From the NCBI GenBank assembly GCA_000092065.1, contig CP000595.1: a stretch of 64,000 bases of DNA. One strand, given 5' to 3'. The notes beneath the pieces were generated by a model. It made no database searches. It was given only the letters and a program-made list of their open reading frames with translations, and was not told where the DNA came from. The position numbers were made by a program, and so were the translations under genes. Positions 1 through 9,746 of this stretch are shown here, one piece after another (within the stretch, counting starts at the first letter, position 1; every line of letters starts with the position of its first letter). The stretch comes from Ostreococcus lucimarinus. Taxonomy: Eukaryota.

Positions 1-1649
1 GTGAGCGATCGAATGACGAAAACCATGTACGGCGGAAGATTGAACCGATAGGCCGTGGAAATCTTCGTCAAATCCAACACGAGCTCGGTGAAGTTGGCTC
101 GCACTTTCGGGTTACCCTCTTCGCCGTCCATGCACACTTCAAACGCGCGCCGGAACTCGTCGTCGGAGATGACTTTCCACGACCCCGGACCGCCTTGCGT
201 GTAATCCGCCTGGTTGCCGTTTTCATCTATCCACATCTGCGGTTCTTGAGGTAACATATCCATTATTCTCAAGTTATCGATCAACTCCCCCCACTGACTG
301 TTCAAAATGTTCAAAATACAATTCGCCATGGCCTCTTGCTGGTCGTCGTCGACGCGGCAAATGAGGCCAAAGTCGAGCAACGCGAGCTTACCGTCGTCGG
401 TGAACAACATGTTCCCTTCGTGCGGGTCAGCGTGCACGAGTCCGGTGCGAAACAACTGCGCGGAAGAACACTCCACTCCCATCTGCACCATGAGCTTTTG
501 CTCTTCCAAGCTGAGCGACTTCATCGGTCGACCTTGAATCCACTGTTGCGTGAGCACCTTCTTCGTCGTCATGTTCGCGTGGTGCCTCGGGACGAAGAGG
601 TAGTCCAAAAATCGCAAAGACTTTCTAAACTCATCCGCGTTGCGCGCCTCGATTGTGTAATCGAGCTCCTGAAAGATCCCGGCGCCTACTTGGTCGACAA
701 TCTTGTCCAAATCCTCCGAGCCGTTGAGCCCGGATTCCTCCACCCAACCGAACCCGAGGCGAATGATGTGCAAATCCAACGCGATCCTCCTCGCCATCCC
801 CGGTCGCTGCACCTTCACCGCCACCTTACTACCATCATGCAACCGTCCAGCGTACACTTGCCCGATGCTCGCCGCCGCGATGGGCTCCGGGCTCAATTCC
901 TTGTACAAACTATACGCCGGTCCCGGCTTGCTCGCGTCTCGCTCGCAAACCGCGCCGTCCCAACTCAACTCTCTCTTAATGATCGCGTGCGCCTCTTCCG
1001 TAGAAAACGGCCCGACTTGATCTTGCAACACCATTAAATTATCCGCCGCCTCCTCACCGATTATATCCGGTCTCGTGCTCAGCGTCTGCGCCATCTTTAT
1101 AAACACCGGTCCCAACCGCGCGATGCCGTCCCGCAGCTTCTTCCCTCGCGTTCGCCGCTCCAAAGGAATCCCCATCCGTTCCTCGTACTGCCACGTCGCG
1201 TACACCCTTCCGATCACCGACAACACCTCCGCCATGCGTCCCGCGAGTTCGGTCGGGCTCTTCGAAAAGTACGCTCCGATATCCAGCATCTTTCGCGTGA
1301 ACGAGTAGTCGCCGCGAAAGTCGAGCACGACGCGCTCCAGCTCGTCTCGCCCCTTCGCGCTCGTCGCCTCCACCGCCGCTCGCGCCTCGCGCTCGAGCGG
1401 TAACAGGGCATCGTTCGCGGCGTCTTCCGACTCCGCGCGCGGGTCCGCGATCGTCCGCGCGCGCGTTTTATCGCCGCGTTTCGTCGCGAACGACGGGCTC
1501 GAGGTTATCCTCTTCGGCGCGCGCGTTCGAGGCGCGCGCGCGCTGACGCGGACGTCTCGAGGGCGCGACGCGGGCGCGCGGGCGCGCGCGTGACGCGCGC
1601 CGGGCTGGGGCGGCGCGCGCGCGCGCGCCGGAGGGACGTGCGCGCGCAT
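1..1649 (-). CDS. ABC1/ADCK (UbiB-family) atypical protein kinase, partial; C-terminus runs off the window start. R/A/S/P-rich N-terminal presequence suggests organellar targeting
   Basis: Minus-strand translation reads ...RLGPVFIKMAQTLSTRPDIIGEEAADNLMVLQDQVGPFS...AASIGQVYAGRLHDGSKVAVKVQRPG...GLVHADPHEGNMLFTDDGKLALLDFG... These are the hallmark ABC1-domain motifs (GPxFIKxGQxLSTRPD; AASIGQVH.A.L.dG..VAVKVQ.P; HADPHPGN). It is absent from the ORF track because its stop lies outside the window; + ORF 336..1037 is its antisense. Start set at the Met encoded by 1647-1649, the first in-frame ATG downstream of the OGG1 gene; this start is uncertain. Confidence 0.8.
   Translation of the reverse strand, partial: MRAHVPPARARAPPQPGARHARARAPASRPRDVRVSARAPRTRAPKRITSSPSFATKRGDKTRARTIADPRAESEDAANDALLPLEREARAAVEATSAKGRDELERVVLDFRGDYSFTRKMLDIGAYFSKSPTELAGRMAEVLSVIGRVYATWQYEERMGIPLERRTRGKKLRDGIARLGPVFIKMAQTLSTRPDIIGEEAADNLMVLQDQVGPFSTEEAHAIIKRELSWDGAVCERDASKPGPAYSLYKELSPEPIAAASIGQVYAGRLHDGSKVAVKVQRPGMARRIALDLHIIRLGFGWVEESGLNGSEDLDKIVDQVGAGIFQELDYTIEARNADEFRKSLRFLDYLFVPRHHANMTTKKVLTQQWIQGRPMKSLSLEEQKLMVQMGVECSSAQLFRTGLVHADPHEGNMLFTDDGKLALLDFGLICRVDDDQQEAMANCILNILNSQWGELIDNLRIMDMLPQEPQMWIDENGNQADYTQGGPGSWKVISDDEFRRAFEVCMDGEEGNPKVRANFTELVLDLTKISTAYRFNLPPYMVFVIRSL
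1521..1645. repeat. Alternating (GC)n / CpG-dense tract in the 5' region of the ABC1K gene and 3' flank of OGG1
   Basis: Runs such as gcgcgcgcgcg, cgcgcgcgcgc and ggcgcgcgcgcgcgcgccg are directly visible; they encode the Arg/Ala-rich presequence in one frame. Confidence 0.6.
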
Positions 1650-1764
1650 CCGTCGCGGTCTGACGAAATGTGCAACGTCACGCGCGGTGCGAGGACGAAT
1701 TGGAGGCGAAATCGACGCGAGCGCCGACGGCGGGCGCGATCGATGCGATGCGACGATACAACGG

Positions 1765-3111
1765 CTAAGGATCGATCTTAAGTTTTTTTGGGGTGTCGAA
1801 GACGGCGTCTGATTCGGCGTCGACGCCGGCGGCGGCTTCGCGGGCGGTTTTGGAAGACGGCTTCGACGCGTTTGGTTTCGATTTCGGCGTCGAGCGAGGG
1901 GTGGCGACGCGCTTTGGCGTGCGGAGCTCTGCGGGCAGGGCGTCTCTGACGTGCTTGAGCTCGGCGATGAAGAGAGCGTTGTGGGCCCAGCCGCAGTAAG
2001 GGCCGAAAATTTCCTTCATCTTGACCTCGATCGAGCGCATGACGCGAGGGGTGACGGATTTGGCGTCGCGTAATTCTGGCATGTAGTGCTCGACGGCGAA
2101 TTGCCACACGTGCGTGTCCACTGGGATCGCCTCGTGCTTGTTCAGGGAGAACAAGCACACGCAAGCGGATACTTTGGGACCGATCCCCGGGAGCGTCATC
2201 AGCGCGGCGTGGGCGTCGACGTACGGCGTTTCGTCGCGAAGCGCGCGCAAGAATTCGTCTGGAGAAGAGCCGACGGCGTCGCCCGCCTCCCCCAAAGCCG
2301 CCGCGGAGCCGACGATGAATTTGGCGCGATAACCAAAACCCAACGCTCGTAATTCCTCCTCCGTCGCGCCGTCAAGAATCTGCGCAACGCTCGGAAACGC
2401 ATAAAATTTCTCCGCCTCGGCCGCCGCCGCGGTCTCTTCGCCGCCGTTCTCGTCTCCATCATCATCATCCTCTTCTAAATCCCGCGTCGTCACCGGCAAC
2501 GCGTCTCCGTAGTGTACACACATCTTATTCACCATCCCGTGTATCCTCGAGATGTGATTATTGCTCGAACAAATAAAACTAAACAAGCACTCGCTCGGAT
2601 CCTGCCTTAACATCCGAGCGCCGTCCACGTGCGCCGCGAGCGCTCGAAACCTCCCATCCTTCGCCGCAAACTCCTCGTACAGCCTCTCCAGCGACACGTC
2701 CGCGTTAAAATATTCCCTCATCACCCTTCGATCGTCCGTCGCGCTCTCCCATCGCGGTCGACAGTACACTTTATATTCCACCTCGCCTCGCTCGCCGTCG
2801 TCGACTTCCCGCACTCGCACCACGCGTCGTCCGACGACGCCGACGTACTCTCGTCCGTCCTCGCGACCTCGCGCGCGCCAACGGAAGCTCTGTCCCGTGG
2901 GCAGCGTGTGCTTCAGCCGAAGTTCGCGCGTCGCGAGTCCGAGCGGCGTCCAGGTCGCGTCGAGGCACTTCGCCACGTCGCCGCCGCCGTCGCCGTCGCG
3001 CGCGTCCATCGTCGTCGCGCGCTCGGTCGCGCGCGACGCCGCGCGGCGACGCGCGCTCGGTCGCGCGCGCGCGATCGACCGGGCGAGCGCGAGCGGCCGC
3101 GCGCGCATGCG
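1765..3111 (-). CDS. OGG1: 8-oxoguanine DNA glycosylase / AP lyase (OGG1)
   Basis: Translation contains [55 protein letters not shown] and [11 protein letters not shown], which are near-identical to conserved human OGG1 blocks ([64 protein letters not shown]). The ORF is open to 3240. An R/A-rich leader is likely a targeting peptide; in-frame Mets at 3111 and 3009 are candidate starts. Confidence 0.85.
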   Translation of the reverse strand, partial: [448 protein letters not shown]

Positions 3112-3506
3112 CGTCGGCGTGTGCGACGCACCGCGGTCGCGCGATGAATCGGCAACGGAATCAGCCCGTCGCGACGATCGCGCGCGCGCGTCGTCGTCGT
3201 CGCGCCGACGCGATTCGGAACCGACCGAGACCGCGAACACAAATTTTCGCGAGCCCGACCGCGCGCGCGCGCGCCGACGCGACGCGAGGGCGGTGTTAAC
3301 GCGCGCGCTTTCGCGAGCCTCGCGAAAAGATGGGAAAAACGCACGAAACGGCGCGCTCGAGACGACACACGGCGACGCGCGGTGCGCGACGACGACGAGA
3401 GACGATGCCGGTGGCGCAAATAAAGGTGCGCGCGCGTCGTCGAGCGCGCGTCGTCGAGTGCGCGCGCGTCGTCGTCGACTCGGTGGATTGAACGCGCGTC
3501 GTCTCT
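3112..3506. promoter_or_regulatory. Putative bidirectional promoter region between divergent OGG1 (-) and the small + gene; extremely GC-rich with gcgcgcgtcgtcgag direct repeats (3421-3480)
   Basis: Inferred only from divergent gene arrangement and visible repeats; no defined motif. Confidence 0.25.
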
Positions 3507-3872
3507 GTGCGCCTCGAGACTGACGATTCGTTTCTCGCGAAAATATCGCAGATGATTCACGCCGGACCGTGGGGCAAGAGCGGGTCGATCATTCACGTGA
3601 ACGTGGAACACGACGATTTTAAGTCGGACATCAAGCGCAGGGTGTCGAACGCGACGGGGATTCCGGTGCCGGAGTTGAAATTAATCATGGCTTCTCCCAC
3701 GCAGATCGCGGCGGGGAGCAAGAGATGTCCGGGGTTGGCGTACGGAAACTGCGGCGTCGTCGATAAGGTTGGCTTAGCCGTGGTGCAGGCAGAAAGCGGG
3801 GAGAACCCGTTCGTCCCGAAGTTGTCGCCGAACCGCGTGGACAATAAAGGGAACTGGACGAGCGTTGATTGA
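3507..3872 (+). CDS. Small hypothetical protein (121 aa) with a possible ubiquitin-like beta-grasp segment
   Basis: ORF has strong G/C third-position codon bias like neighbouring genes. The segment IIHVNVEHDDFKSDIKRRVSNATGIPVPELKLIMAS resembles Ubl domains. No family recognised. Confidence 0.35.
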   Translation: MRLETDDSFLAKISQMIHAGPWGKSGSIIHVNVEHDDFKSDIKRRVSNATGIPVPELKLIMASPTQIAAGSKRCPGLAYGNCGVVDKVGLAVVQAESGENPFVPKLSPNRVDNKGNWTSVD

Positions 3873-3934
3873 ACCGAGGCGTCTTATTCGAAAGTAGATT
3901 ACATCTCGTCCGTTTGCGTTCGTTCGTTCATCGT

Positions 3935-5284
3935 CTATTCGTGATCGTACTGGTAATCTTCAAAGTCATTGTACATCAGCTTCCCATCCACGTCGCAATG
4001 CACGGCGTCGAAGCAAAGCTTGCAGAAAAAGCTCGGGCTCTCCGCCGCGAGTTTGTCGCCGTACGTGACGTGAGAGCTATCGAACACGCCGCACACGGAG
4101 CATCCTCGTCTATACACGCGCCCTTCGCGAATGACTAAAGGAAACATTTCGTTCCGCGTTTCGTCGTCCGAATGCGGCATGCGCACGTCTCGAACGCGCC
4201 ATTTGTGCTCGCATTTGCCTTGATGCGTCATCACGTACGGGCGCCCAATCGTCAGCGGCACTTGGCTGAACTTCACCCCTTCCATGTCTCGCGCGGTGAA
4301 CCCCTTGCCCTCGTTGTTCATCTTAACCGGCGCTCCCGGCGCCATGAGCGCGTTTTTCTTTTGAAATTCTATGAGATGCTCGGAGTAATCAGTCGCGCCC
4401 GGCGTCCGCATGTCGTTGTAAAACACGCCTTCGATGAAGAGAAATCCATTCTTCGACGGCGGATGCCCCTCGCGCGCGGCTTGGACGTCTCTGAGGCAGT
4501 ATATCATATCCTTGAACGCCGCCAACGGCGTGGACCCGCGCACGATGACGTCCATCAGCAAGTATCCCTGTTTGACCGGGTGATACAGTTCGATCCAAAT
4601 CATCGCCTCCTCCCCCGTCGGCGTCGCCGCGGCGTCGTGGCGAACACCGCCAACCTCGCAATCAAACAGCTCGCGCGCCTTCCACATCACCTGCGTCACG
4701 TCCACTTCTTTTCGCAACAGCGCCCGTTTGTAATCTCTCGCCTCCAATTGCTTATGTTCCAACTCAACCTCCCGCATCGACGCCAACGGTGCCATGGCCG
4801 TCTGCTCGCTCAGATGCTTCGTCATCAACCGCGCTTTCTCCGCCTTCTGCGCCTCCTCCTGAAACGTCAACTGATGATTCTTCGCCCCCGTCCCTCGATG
4901 ATTCCGCGCGCGGCCCGCGTCCTCCTCCACCGACGGCACGCTCGGCATCAACGACTCGATCGCCCGCTCCAGCGTCACCGCGCGATGCGTTTCCATCTCG
5001 ATATCATCCTCCTCGATCGCCGTTCGACGCTTCCGTCCCTTTCCCGCCTTTTTCGTCCTCGCGCTCGCCTCGCGCGCCGCGCTCGACGCCTCCGCCGCGT
5101 CCCGCAACCGTTTCACCGCCCGATGCGCCTCCTCGCAGAACCGTTTCGCGTCCTTCGTCCGCTCGGCCGCTCGCCCGATCGTCAGTCTTCGCTCGCGTCG
5201 CCTCTCCGCGTCGCTCTCGCGCCCTCGCGCGTCCGCGAGCCGCGTCGAAAGATTCGAATTCGCCGTTCGGTCGTCGCACCTCAA
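3935..5284 (-). CDS. SNAPC3: snRNA-activating protein complex subunit 3 (SNAP50/SNAPC3, plant SRD2-like)
   Basis: C-terminal block YVMTHQGKCEHKWRVRDVRM matches the SNAP50 signature (YxxHxGdCEHxIvIrDiR). It is followed by an unusual zinc finger CSVCGVF...SFFCKLCF, as in human SNAPC3 (CHICCRHY...CYFCDTCF). Antisense + ORF 4172..5383 is an artefact. Confidence 0.6.
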   Translation of the reverse strand: MRCDDRTANSNLSTRLADARGRESDAERRRERRLTIGRAAERTKDAKRFCEEAHRAVKRLRDAAEASSAAREASARTKKAGKGRKRRTAIEEDDIEMETHRAVTLERAIESLMPSVPSVEEDAGRARNHRGTGAKNHQLTFQEEAQKAEKARLMTKHLSEQTAMAPLASMREVELEHKQLEARDYKRALLRKEVDVTQVMWKARELFDCEVGGVRHDAAATPTGEEAMIWIELYHPVKQGYLLMDVIVRGSTPLAAFKDMIYCLRDVQAAREGHPPSKNGFLFIEGVFYNDMRTPGATDYSEHLIEFQKKNALMAPGAPVKMNNEGKGFTARDMEGVKFSQVPLTIGRPYVMTHQGKCEHKWRVRDVRMPHSDDETRNEMFPLVIREGRVYRRGCSVCGVFDSSHVTYGDKLAAESPSFFCKLCFDAVHCDVDGKLMYNDFEDYQYDHE

Positions 5285-5532
5285 TCTCCTCTCCCGGCTT
5301 CGCGTGCGGCGCCTCGGGCGGGCAGTGCCGCGCCAGCCGCGCGCGCGACTCCGCGTGGTGTCGCAGCGCGTCGCTCGGGGTGACGATGGTCGTGTCCGCG
5401 ATCGCGCGCGACATCGAGCGCGTCGAGGCGTGACGATCGATGGTCGACGCGGCGCCGATCGTCACCTCGCGACGCGAACTCCCGTCGACGACGCGCGAGC
5501 GACGCGCGACGCGACGCGCGACGACGGCGCGG
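5285..5532. promoter_or_regulatory. Putative bidirectional promoter between SNAPC3 (-) and EMC3 (+)
   Basis: Divergent gene starts ~250 bp apart; inference only. Confidence 0.25.
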
Positions 5533-6315
5533 ATGGACGCGAGCGTCGTGCGCCTGGACGCGGCGATCCGCGCGTGGGTGCTGCTGCCGATCACGCTCGC
5601 GATGTTCCTCGTCGGCGCGCTGCGACACCACGCGATGCGACTGACGCGCGACGGCGGCGCGGCGGACGTCGTCGCGCTTCGCGAGGCGAACGTCGCGCGA
5701 CGCGCGGAGCGGTGCCGGCAGTTCGCGGGATACCTGCGACCGGGGGCGTTCGCGGCGAGGCGGACGTTTTACTGCGCGGCGGACGGCGGCGCGCTGCGAA
5801 AGAAGAGCGAAAAAGCGTCGCCGCACGCGGCGATGCTGAGCGATCCGACGGTGATGACGAAAATGATGACGAAGAATGCGATGATGATGGCGCCGAACAT
5901 GCTGACGGCGGCGTGGGTGAATTTTTTCTTCGCGGGATTCGTGGTGGGGCGGACGCCGTTTCCGCTGACGCAGCGGTTTCGGGGGATGCTGCAGCGAGGG
6001 GTGGCGCTGCAGAGCCTGGACGTGACGTACGTGTCGAGCTTGTCGTGGTATTTCTTGAATTTTTTTGGGTTGGGGGGGGTGTTTCAGTTGGTTTTGGGGG
6101 ATAACGAGTTGGACGACGCGGCGGCGATGCAAAACGCGTTCGCGAGCGGGCTCAACGCGGACAAGGCGTTCGCGCACGCGTTGGAGGGGTTGGAGGCGTT
6201 GAAACACGAGTACATGATGCACATCGCCGACGCGCGCGCGACGGCGATGCTGCGCGCGCTGAACGAGGGTAAGAGTCCGCGCGAGGCGAGACTGGCGGCG
6301 GCGGCGGCGCGATGA
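5533..6315 (+). CDS. EMC3: ER membrane protein complex subunit 3 (EMC3/TMEM111, DUF106/Get1-like insertase)
   Basis: MTKMMTKNAMMMAPNMLTAAWVNFFFAGFVVGRTPFPLTQRFRGMLQRGVALQSLDVTYVSSLSWYFLNFFGL is nearly collinear with the conserved EMC3 core (MKMMTKN..MMVPNM..GWINFFFSGFV..KVPFPLTQRFRGMLQRGI.L.SLDVSYVSSLSWYFLNLFGL). Start taken at Met 5533; the ORF track begins at a GTG. Confidence 0.85.
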   Translation: MDASVVRLDAAIRAWVLLPITLAMFLVGALRHHAMRLTRDGGAADVVALREANVARRAERCRQFAGYLRPGAFAARRTFYCAADGGALRKKSEKASPHAAMLSDPTVMTKMMTKNAMMMAPNMLTAAWVNFFFAGFVVGRTPFPLTQRFRGMLQRGVALQSLDVTYVSSLSWYFLNFFGLGGVFQLVLGDNELDDAAAMQNAFASGLNADKAFAHALEGLEALKHEYMMHIADARATAMLRALNEGKSPREARLAAAAAR

Positions 6316-6555
6316 AAATCCCAAAGGCTACACTCGCGTCTCCGACGCGCGCGCGCGGCGCGATCGCGAGTAATCGATGTAACTTAGTTTAACTCCATCC
6401 ATCGCGCGTCCGTCGATCGTTCGTTTGGAATCTGTCGCGTCGCGCTCCGCGTCCGCGCCTCGCGCCGTCGCTCGCGCCGCAGTCATCGACGCGCGGCGTC
6501 CGCGCGCGCGCGACGGTCGTCCGCCGTCGTCCGGCGACGCACCGTCGCGGCGTCG

Positions 6556-9270
6556 ATGTCCGACAACCCCGACGGCGCGTCCGACGACGAGAGCGCGCGC
6601 TGTCCGCACTTTTCTTACGCCAGAGCCAATCCATCGCTCGCGCAACAATCCGCGTCGACGAGCGCGAAAGACGCGTCCGTGACGCTCGTCGTCGCGCGAA
6701 ACGATCGCTGCGTCATCGCGTACGACGATGGGTGCGTGCTCGTCGCGAGCGCGCGAGACGCGCGACGGGTGATCTGGAGGACGCGAACGCGGCGCGCGGC
6801 GTCGGCGTTGGCGACGGACGGCGCGAGCGCGCACGTGCTCGTCGCCGACGCTCGAGGCGAGATCGCGGTGCACGAGCTGCCGATAGACGATGGAATGGAC
6901 GCGAGCGAACGCGCGGGCGGGGCGCGCGGGCTGGGGGACGGGTGCGAGGTGATGCGGACGACGCACGCGCGCGGCGTGACATGCGCGGCGCTCGAGCGCG
7001 ACTACGGCGCGCGCGGACGCGGAAGAGGCGGCGTGGCGTACGGAGACGATCGCGGTGGGGTGTACGTGCGCGTGAGCACGCTCTTGGGACATAAAACGTT
7101 GACGCTGAGCGCGGCCGGAGGGAGCGATCGCGGGGCGGCGCGCGCGATGGAATGGAGCTCGCGCGGCGTCTTGGCGTGGGCGTGCGACGAAGGCGTGAAG
7201 CTGTACGACGTGGGACGGGATGAAAAGGTGGCGCTCGTCGAGCGACCGCGAGGAAGTCCGGCGGCGGGGATGTACGCGCCGCACTTGACGTGGAACGAGA
7301 CGTCGGACATGGGGAAGACGTTGCTCGTGGGATGGGCGGATTGCGTCAAGGTTGTTAGGATTCAGAAGCAGGACGCGCCGGATTCGAGCGTCGCGGCGAA
7401 ACTTTTGCGAGATAAGCCGACTCGCGGCGCAACGCGCGAAATTACTCGGGCGGATTCGTTTGCGAATGGGGGCTCGAGCGAGGGAGATAACGCGTCGGCG
7501 AGCGAGGCGTCGTCGGCGAGAGTTTACGTCGCGCGCGTGACGTCGATGTTTCAGACGGAGTATTACGTCGCGGGCATTCAACCGTTCGGGGATTTATTGG
7601 CGATTTTAGGTTGGTCCACGGATGGCGATCGCAAAACCGGGGCGCATCCGGAGTTGCACCTCGTCACGCACGCGAATGTCACGCAAAATATCGACGTCAT
7701 CGCGACGCGAGACGATCCGACAACGCTCGGATGCAACGCGTACGGGTTGGCGTGCGCGCAACCTATGCTCGATAACGGGAGCTTTGATCGATGTAAACAC
7801 GTCGGCGATCATAGATGGTGGAAGATCGGACTCGAGCCACGATTTTACGTGTACTCTCCGAAAGATCTCATCGTGGCCAAGGCGACGGGCGCGAGAGAGT
7901 CCATCGATTGGTTGTCGAAACAGGAAGACTACGTCAAGCTGCTCGACGTGTGCGAGTTGGCGTCGCGATACGGCCACATCGATGGGAGTGTGCGGGATAT
8001 TGGACATAGTGTTTTGCAGCGCACGTTTGACGAGCGAGATTACGCGCAAACGGCAGCTTTGTGCTCGAAATTGTTGCGCAAAGACGCCGCCGCGTGGGAA
8101 ACGTGGATTGAAAAGTTCATGCTGGCTCGCAAGCTCGCGGAGTTACAGCCGTATATTCCCACGGATGACCCGACGCTGAGCGTGCACACGTACGAAGTGG
8201 TGTTGAACGCGTTTCTAGCGGAAGCAGAGCATCATTCGCGCTTTCTCGCCTCCGTCAAGGCGTGGCCGGCGCGTTTGTATTCGCCTCAGTTTCTCATACC
8301 CGTCGTTAAGAGCAAGCTCGCGTCGTTGAACACCAACGCGGGAAGCCCGTCGGTGGCGTCATCGGTGTCATCGGTGGTACTGAAAGAAGCGCTCGCGGAG
8401 CTGTATCTCAACGATGGTCAACGCGAACGGGCGTTGAACTTGTACCTGGACATCGGTCGGCCGTCTGTGTTGAGCTTCATCGCTCGTCACGACTTGCTCT
8501 CTTTCGTCGCTCGCAACAAGCTTTCTCTCTTGGCGCAACTCGATATTGACGCGGCGATGTCGCTTTTCGTGCAGAAGCGAGAAAGCTTGCCGCCGCGAGT
8601 CGTGATTCCCGAGCTTTTGGGTCAAGGCGGCTTCGGCGCTCGAGAGTTGACGCACGCGTACATGTCGGCTCTCTTCGACGAAGACCCGACGTGCTTCGAA
8701 GAGTTCCACGACAAACTGTACGAGTTACACCTGGAGTTCAACCCAAAGGCACTGATGAACTTTTTGAAGAAGAGCGCGTCGTATGACGTCGCGCGCGCGT
8801 GCGCCTTACTCACGGGCAACAAAGCGCTCATCTTCGAGCGCGTGTTTCTGCTCTCCAAACTTGGTTCGCACGAAGAAGCCGTGCGCGTGCTCGTGACGGA
8901 CGCCAAGGACCTATCGGGCGCCATAAAGCTTGCGAGTGAGCTGGACAACCCCGTCGAGCTCTGGAACGTCATCATCAAAGTCTCAACCGACTCGAAGGAT
9001 TTCATGGCGACGCTTCTCGCGCACGCCAAAAATCTCGCCGGCGACCCCAACGCCATCGCCCTCATCCACGCCCTGCGCGAAGGCGTCTCCATCGACAACC
9101 TCAAATCTCGCCTCGTCGATCTCATGGACGAAAACATCGCCCTCACGCGTTCGCTGCGAACGTCGTACGCATCTGAATCCAAGCGCGCTCGGGAATCGTA
9201 CGAGCGCAAAACCAAAGTCGAAACGCGCGCGCTCCGCCGCCATCAAATCCACGTCAGCCGCAAGCGATGA
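6556..9270 (+). CDS. VPS41: Vacuolar protein sorting 41 (HOPS subunit; WD40 + clathrin-heavy-chain repeat), no C-terminal RING
   Basis: Collinear blocks with human VPS41: LAWACDEGVKLYDV / IAWANNMGVKIFDI; TLLVGWADCVKVVRIQ / TLIIGWGTSVKVCSVK; FQTEYYVAGIQPFGDLLAILGW / FETEFYISGLAPLCDQLVVLSY; PRFYVYSPKDLIVAK / SLFYIVSPRDVVVAK; IDWLSKQEDY / IDWLLEKKKY; AAWETWIEKF...LQPYIP / ALWEYEVYKF...ISPYLP. The antisense Arg-rich ORF 6328..7581 is an artefact. Confidence 0.85.
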   Translation: MSDNPDGASDDESARCPHFSYARANPSLAQQSASTSAKDASVTLVVARNDRCVIAYDDGCVLVASARDARRVIWRTRTRRAASALATDGASAHVLVADARGEIAVHELPIDDGMDASERAGGARGLGDGCEVMRTTHARGVTCAALERDYGARGRGRGGVAYGDDRGGVYVRVSTLLGHKTLTLSAAGGSDRGAARAMEWSSRGVLAWACDEGVKLYDVGRDEKVALVERPRGSPAAGMYAPHLTWNETSDMGKTLLVGWADCVKVVRIQKQDAPDSSVAAKLLRDKPTRGATREITRADSFANGGSSEGDNASASEASSARVYVARVTSMFQTEYYVAGIQPFGDLLAILGWSTDGDRKTGAHPELHLVTHANVTQNIDVIATRDDPTTLGCNAYGLACAQPMLDNGSFDRCKHVGDHRWWKIGLEPRFYVYSPKDLIVAKATGARESIDWLSKQEDYVKLLDVCELASRYGHIDGSVRDIGHSVLQRTFDERDYAQTAALCSKLLRKDAAAWETWIEKFMLARKLAELQPYIPTDDPTLSVHTYEVVLNAFLAEAEHHSRFLASVKAWPARLYSPQFLIPVVKSKLASLNTNAGSPSVASSVSSVVLKEALAELYLNDGQRERALNLYLDIGRPSVLSFIARHDLLSFVARNKLSLLAQLDIDAAMSLFVQKRESLPPRVVIPELLGQGGFGARELTHAYMSALFDEDPTCFEEFHDKLYELHLEFNPKALMNFLKKSASYDVARACALLTGNKALIFERVFLLSKLGSHEEAVRVLVTDAKDLSGAIKLASELDNPVELWNVIIKVSTDSKDFMATLLAHAKNLAGDPNAIALIHALREGVSIDNLKSRLVDLMDENIALTRSLRTSYASESKRARESYERKTKVETRALRRHQIHVSRKR

Positions 9271-9746
9271 GCGCGCGCGTCGAGTCAAATCCATCGTTCG
9301 TGTCTTTCAATAGCCGTAGCCATAGTTTCTAGCCGTAGCGTGTAGATCGAATTCCGAATTCGAGAACGCGTCTCGCCGCGCGTCTCTCGGTCGCCTCTCG
9401 ACCTCCAGTCACGTCGCTTTCACCACTCGCCCGCGCGTCGCGCGCGCGTCACGCTCGCGCCGACCCGCGCGCGCGACGCACCGTCGAACTCCGCGCCCCT
9501 GGCCGCGTTCTCACGCGCGCGCACCCTCACCGCGCGCGAAAATCCGCCGTTCGTTCGAGTCCAATTCGCGCGGTCGAATCGAGTTTCAAAATGGTTGATA
9601 ACGGCGCGATAAAAACCATCGGCGACGTCGAGACGGTCGTCCTGAGCGCGCTGGAACTCATGGAAGATAAAGTCACGCGATCGTAGCGCGCGCTGGAGAA
9701 AAAACTGGAGGAATTAGAGCGGGAATGCGCGAGGAGACACGAGGAG

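Noticed and set aside
336-1037. + strand 233-aa ORF at the window start
   Set aside because: It is antisense to the ABC1 kinase gene, whose minus-strand translation carries unmistakable ABC1 motifs. The kinase is missing from the ORF track only because its stop codon lies outside the window.
6328-7581. 417-aa minus-strand ORF (and similar long Arg-rich ORFs 5281..6324 -, 10230..11558 -, 10792..11730 -, 12559..13281 -, 17596..18903 -, 35562..36569 -, 4172..5383 +, 15147..16475 +)
   Set aside because: These are antisense or off-frame readings of GC-rich genes. They are Arg/Ala/Pro-dominated and show no motifs. Each overlaps a gene with clear homology on the other strand or frame. High GC makes stop-free junk frames common.
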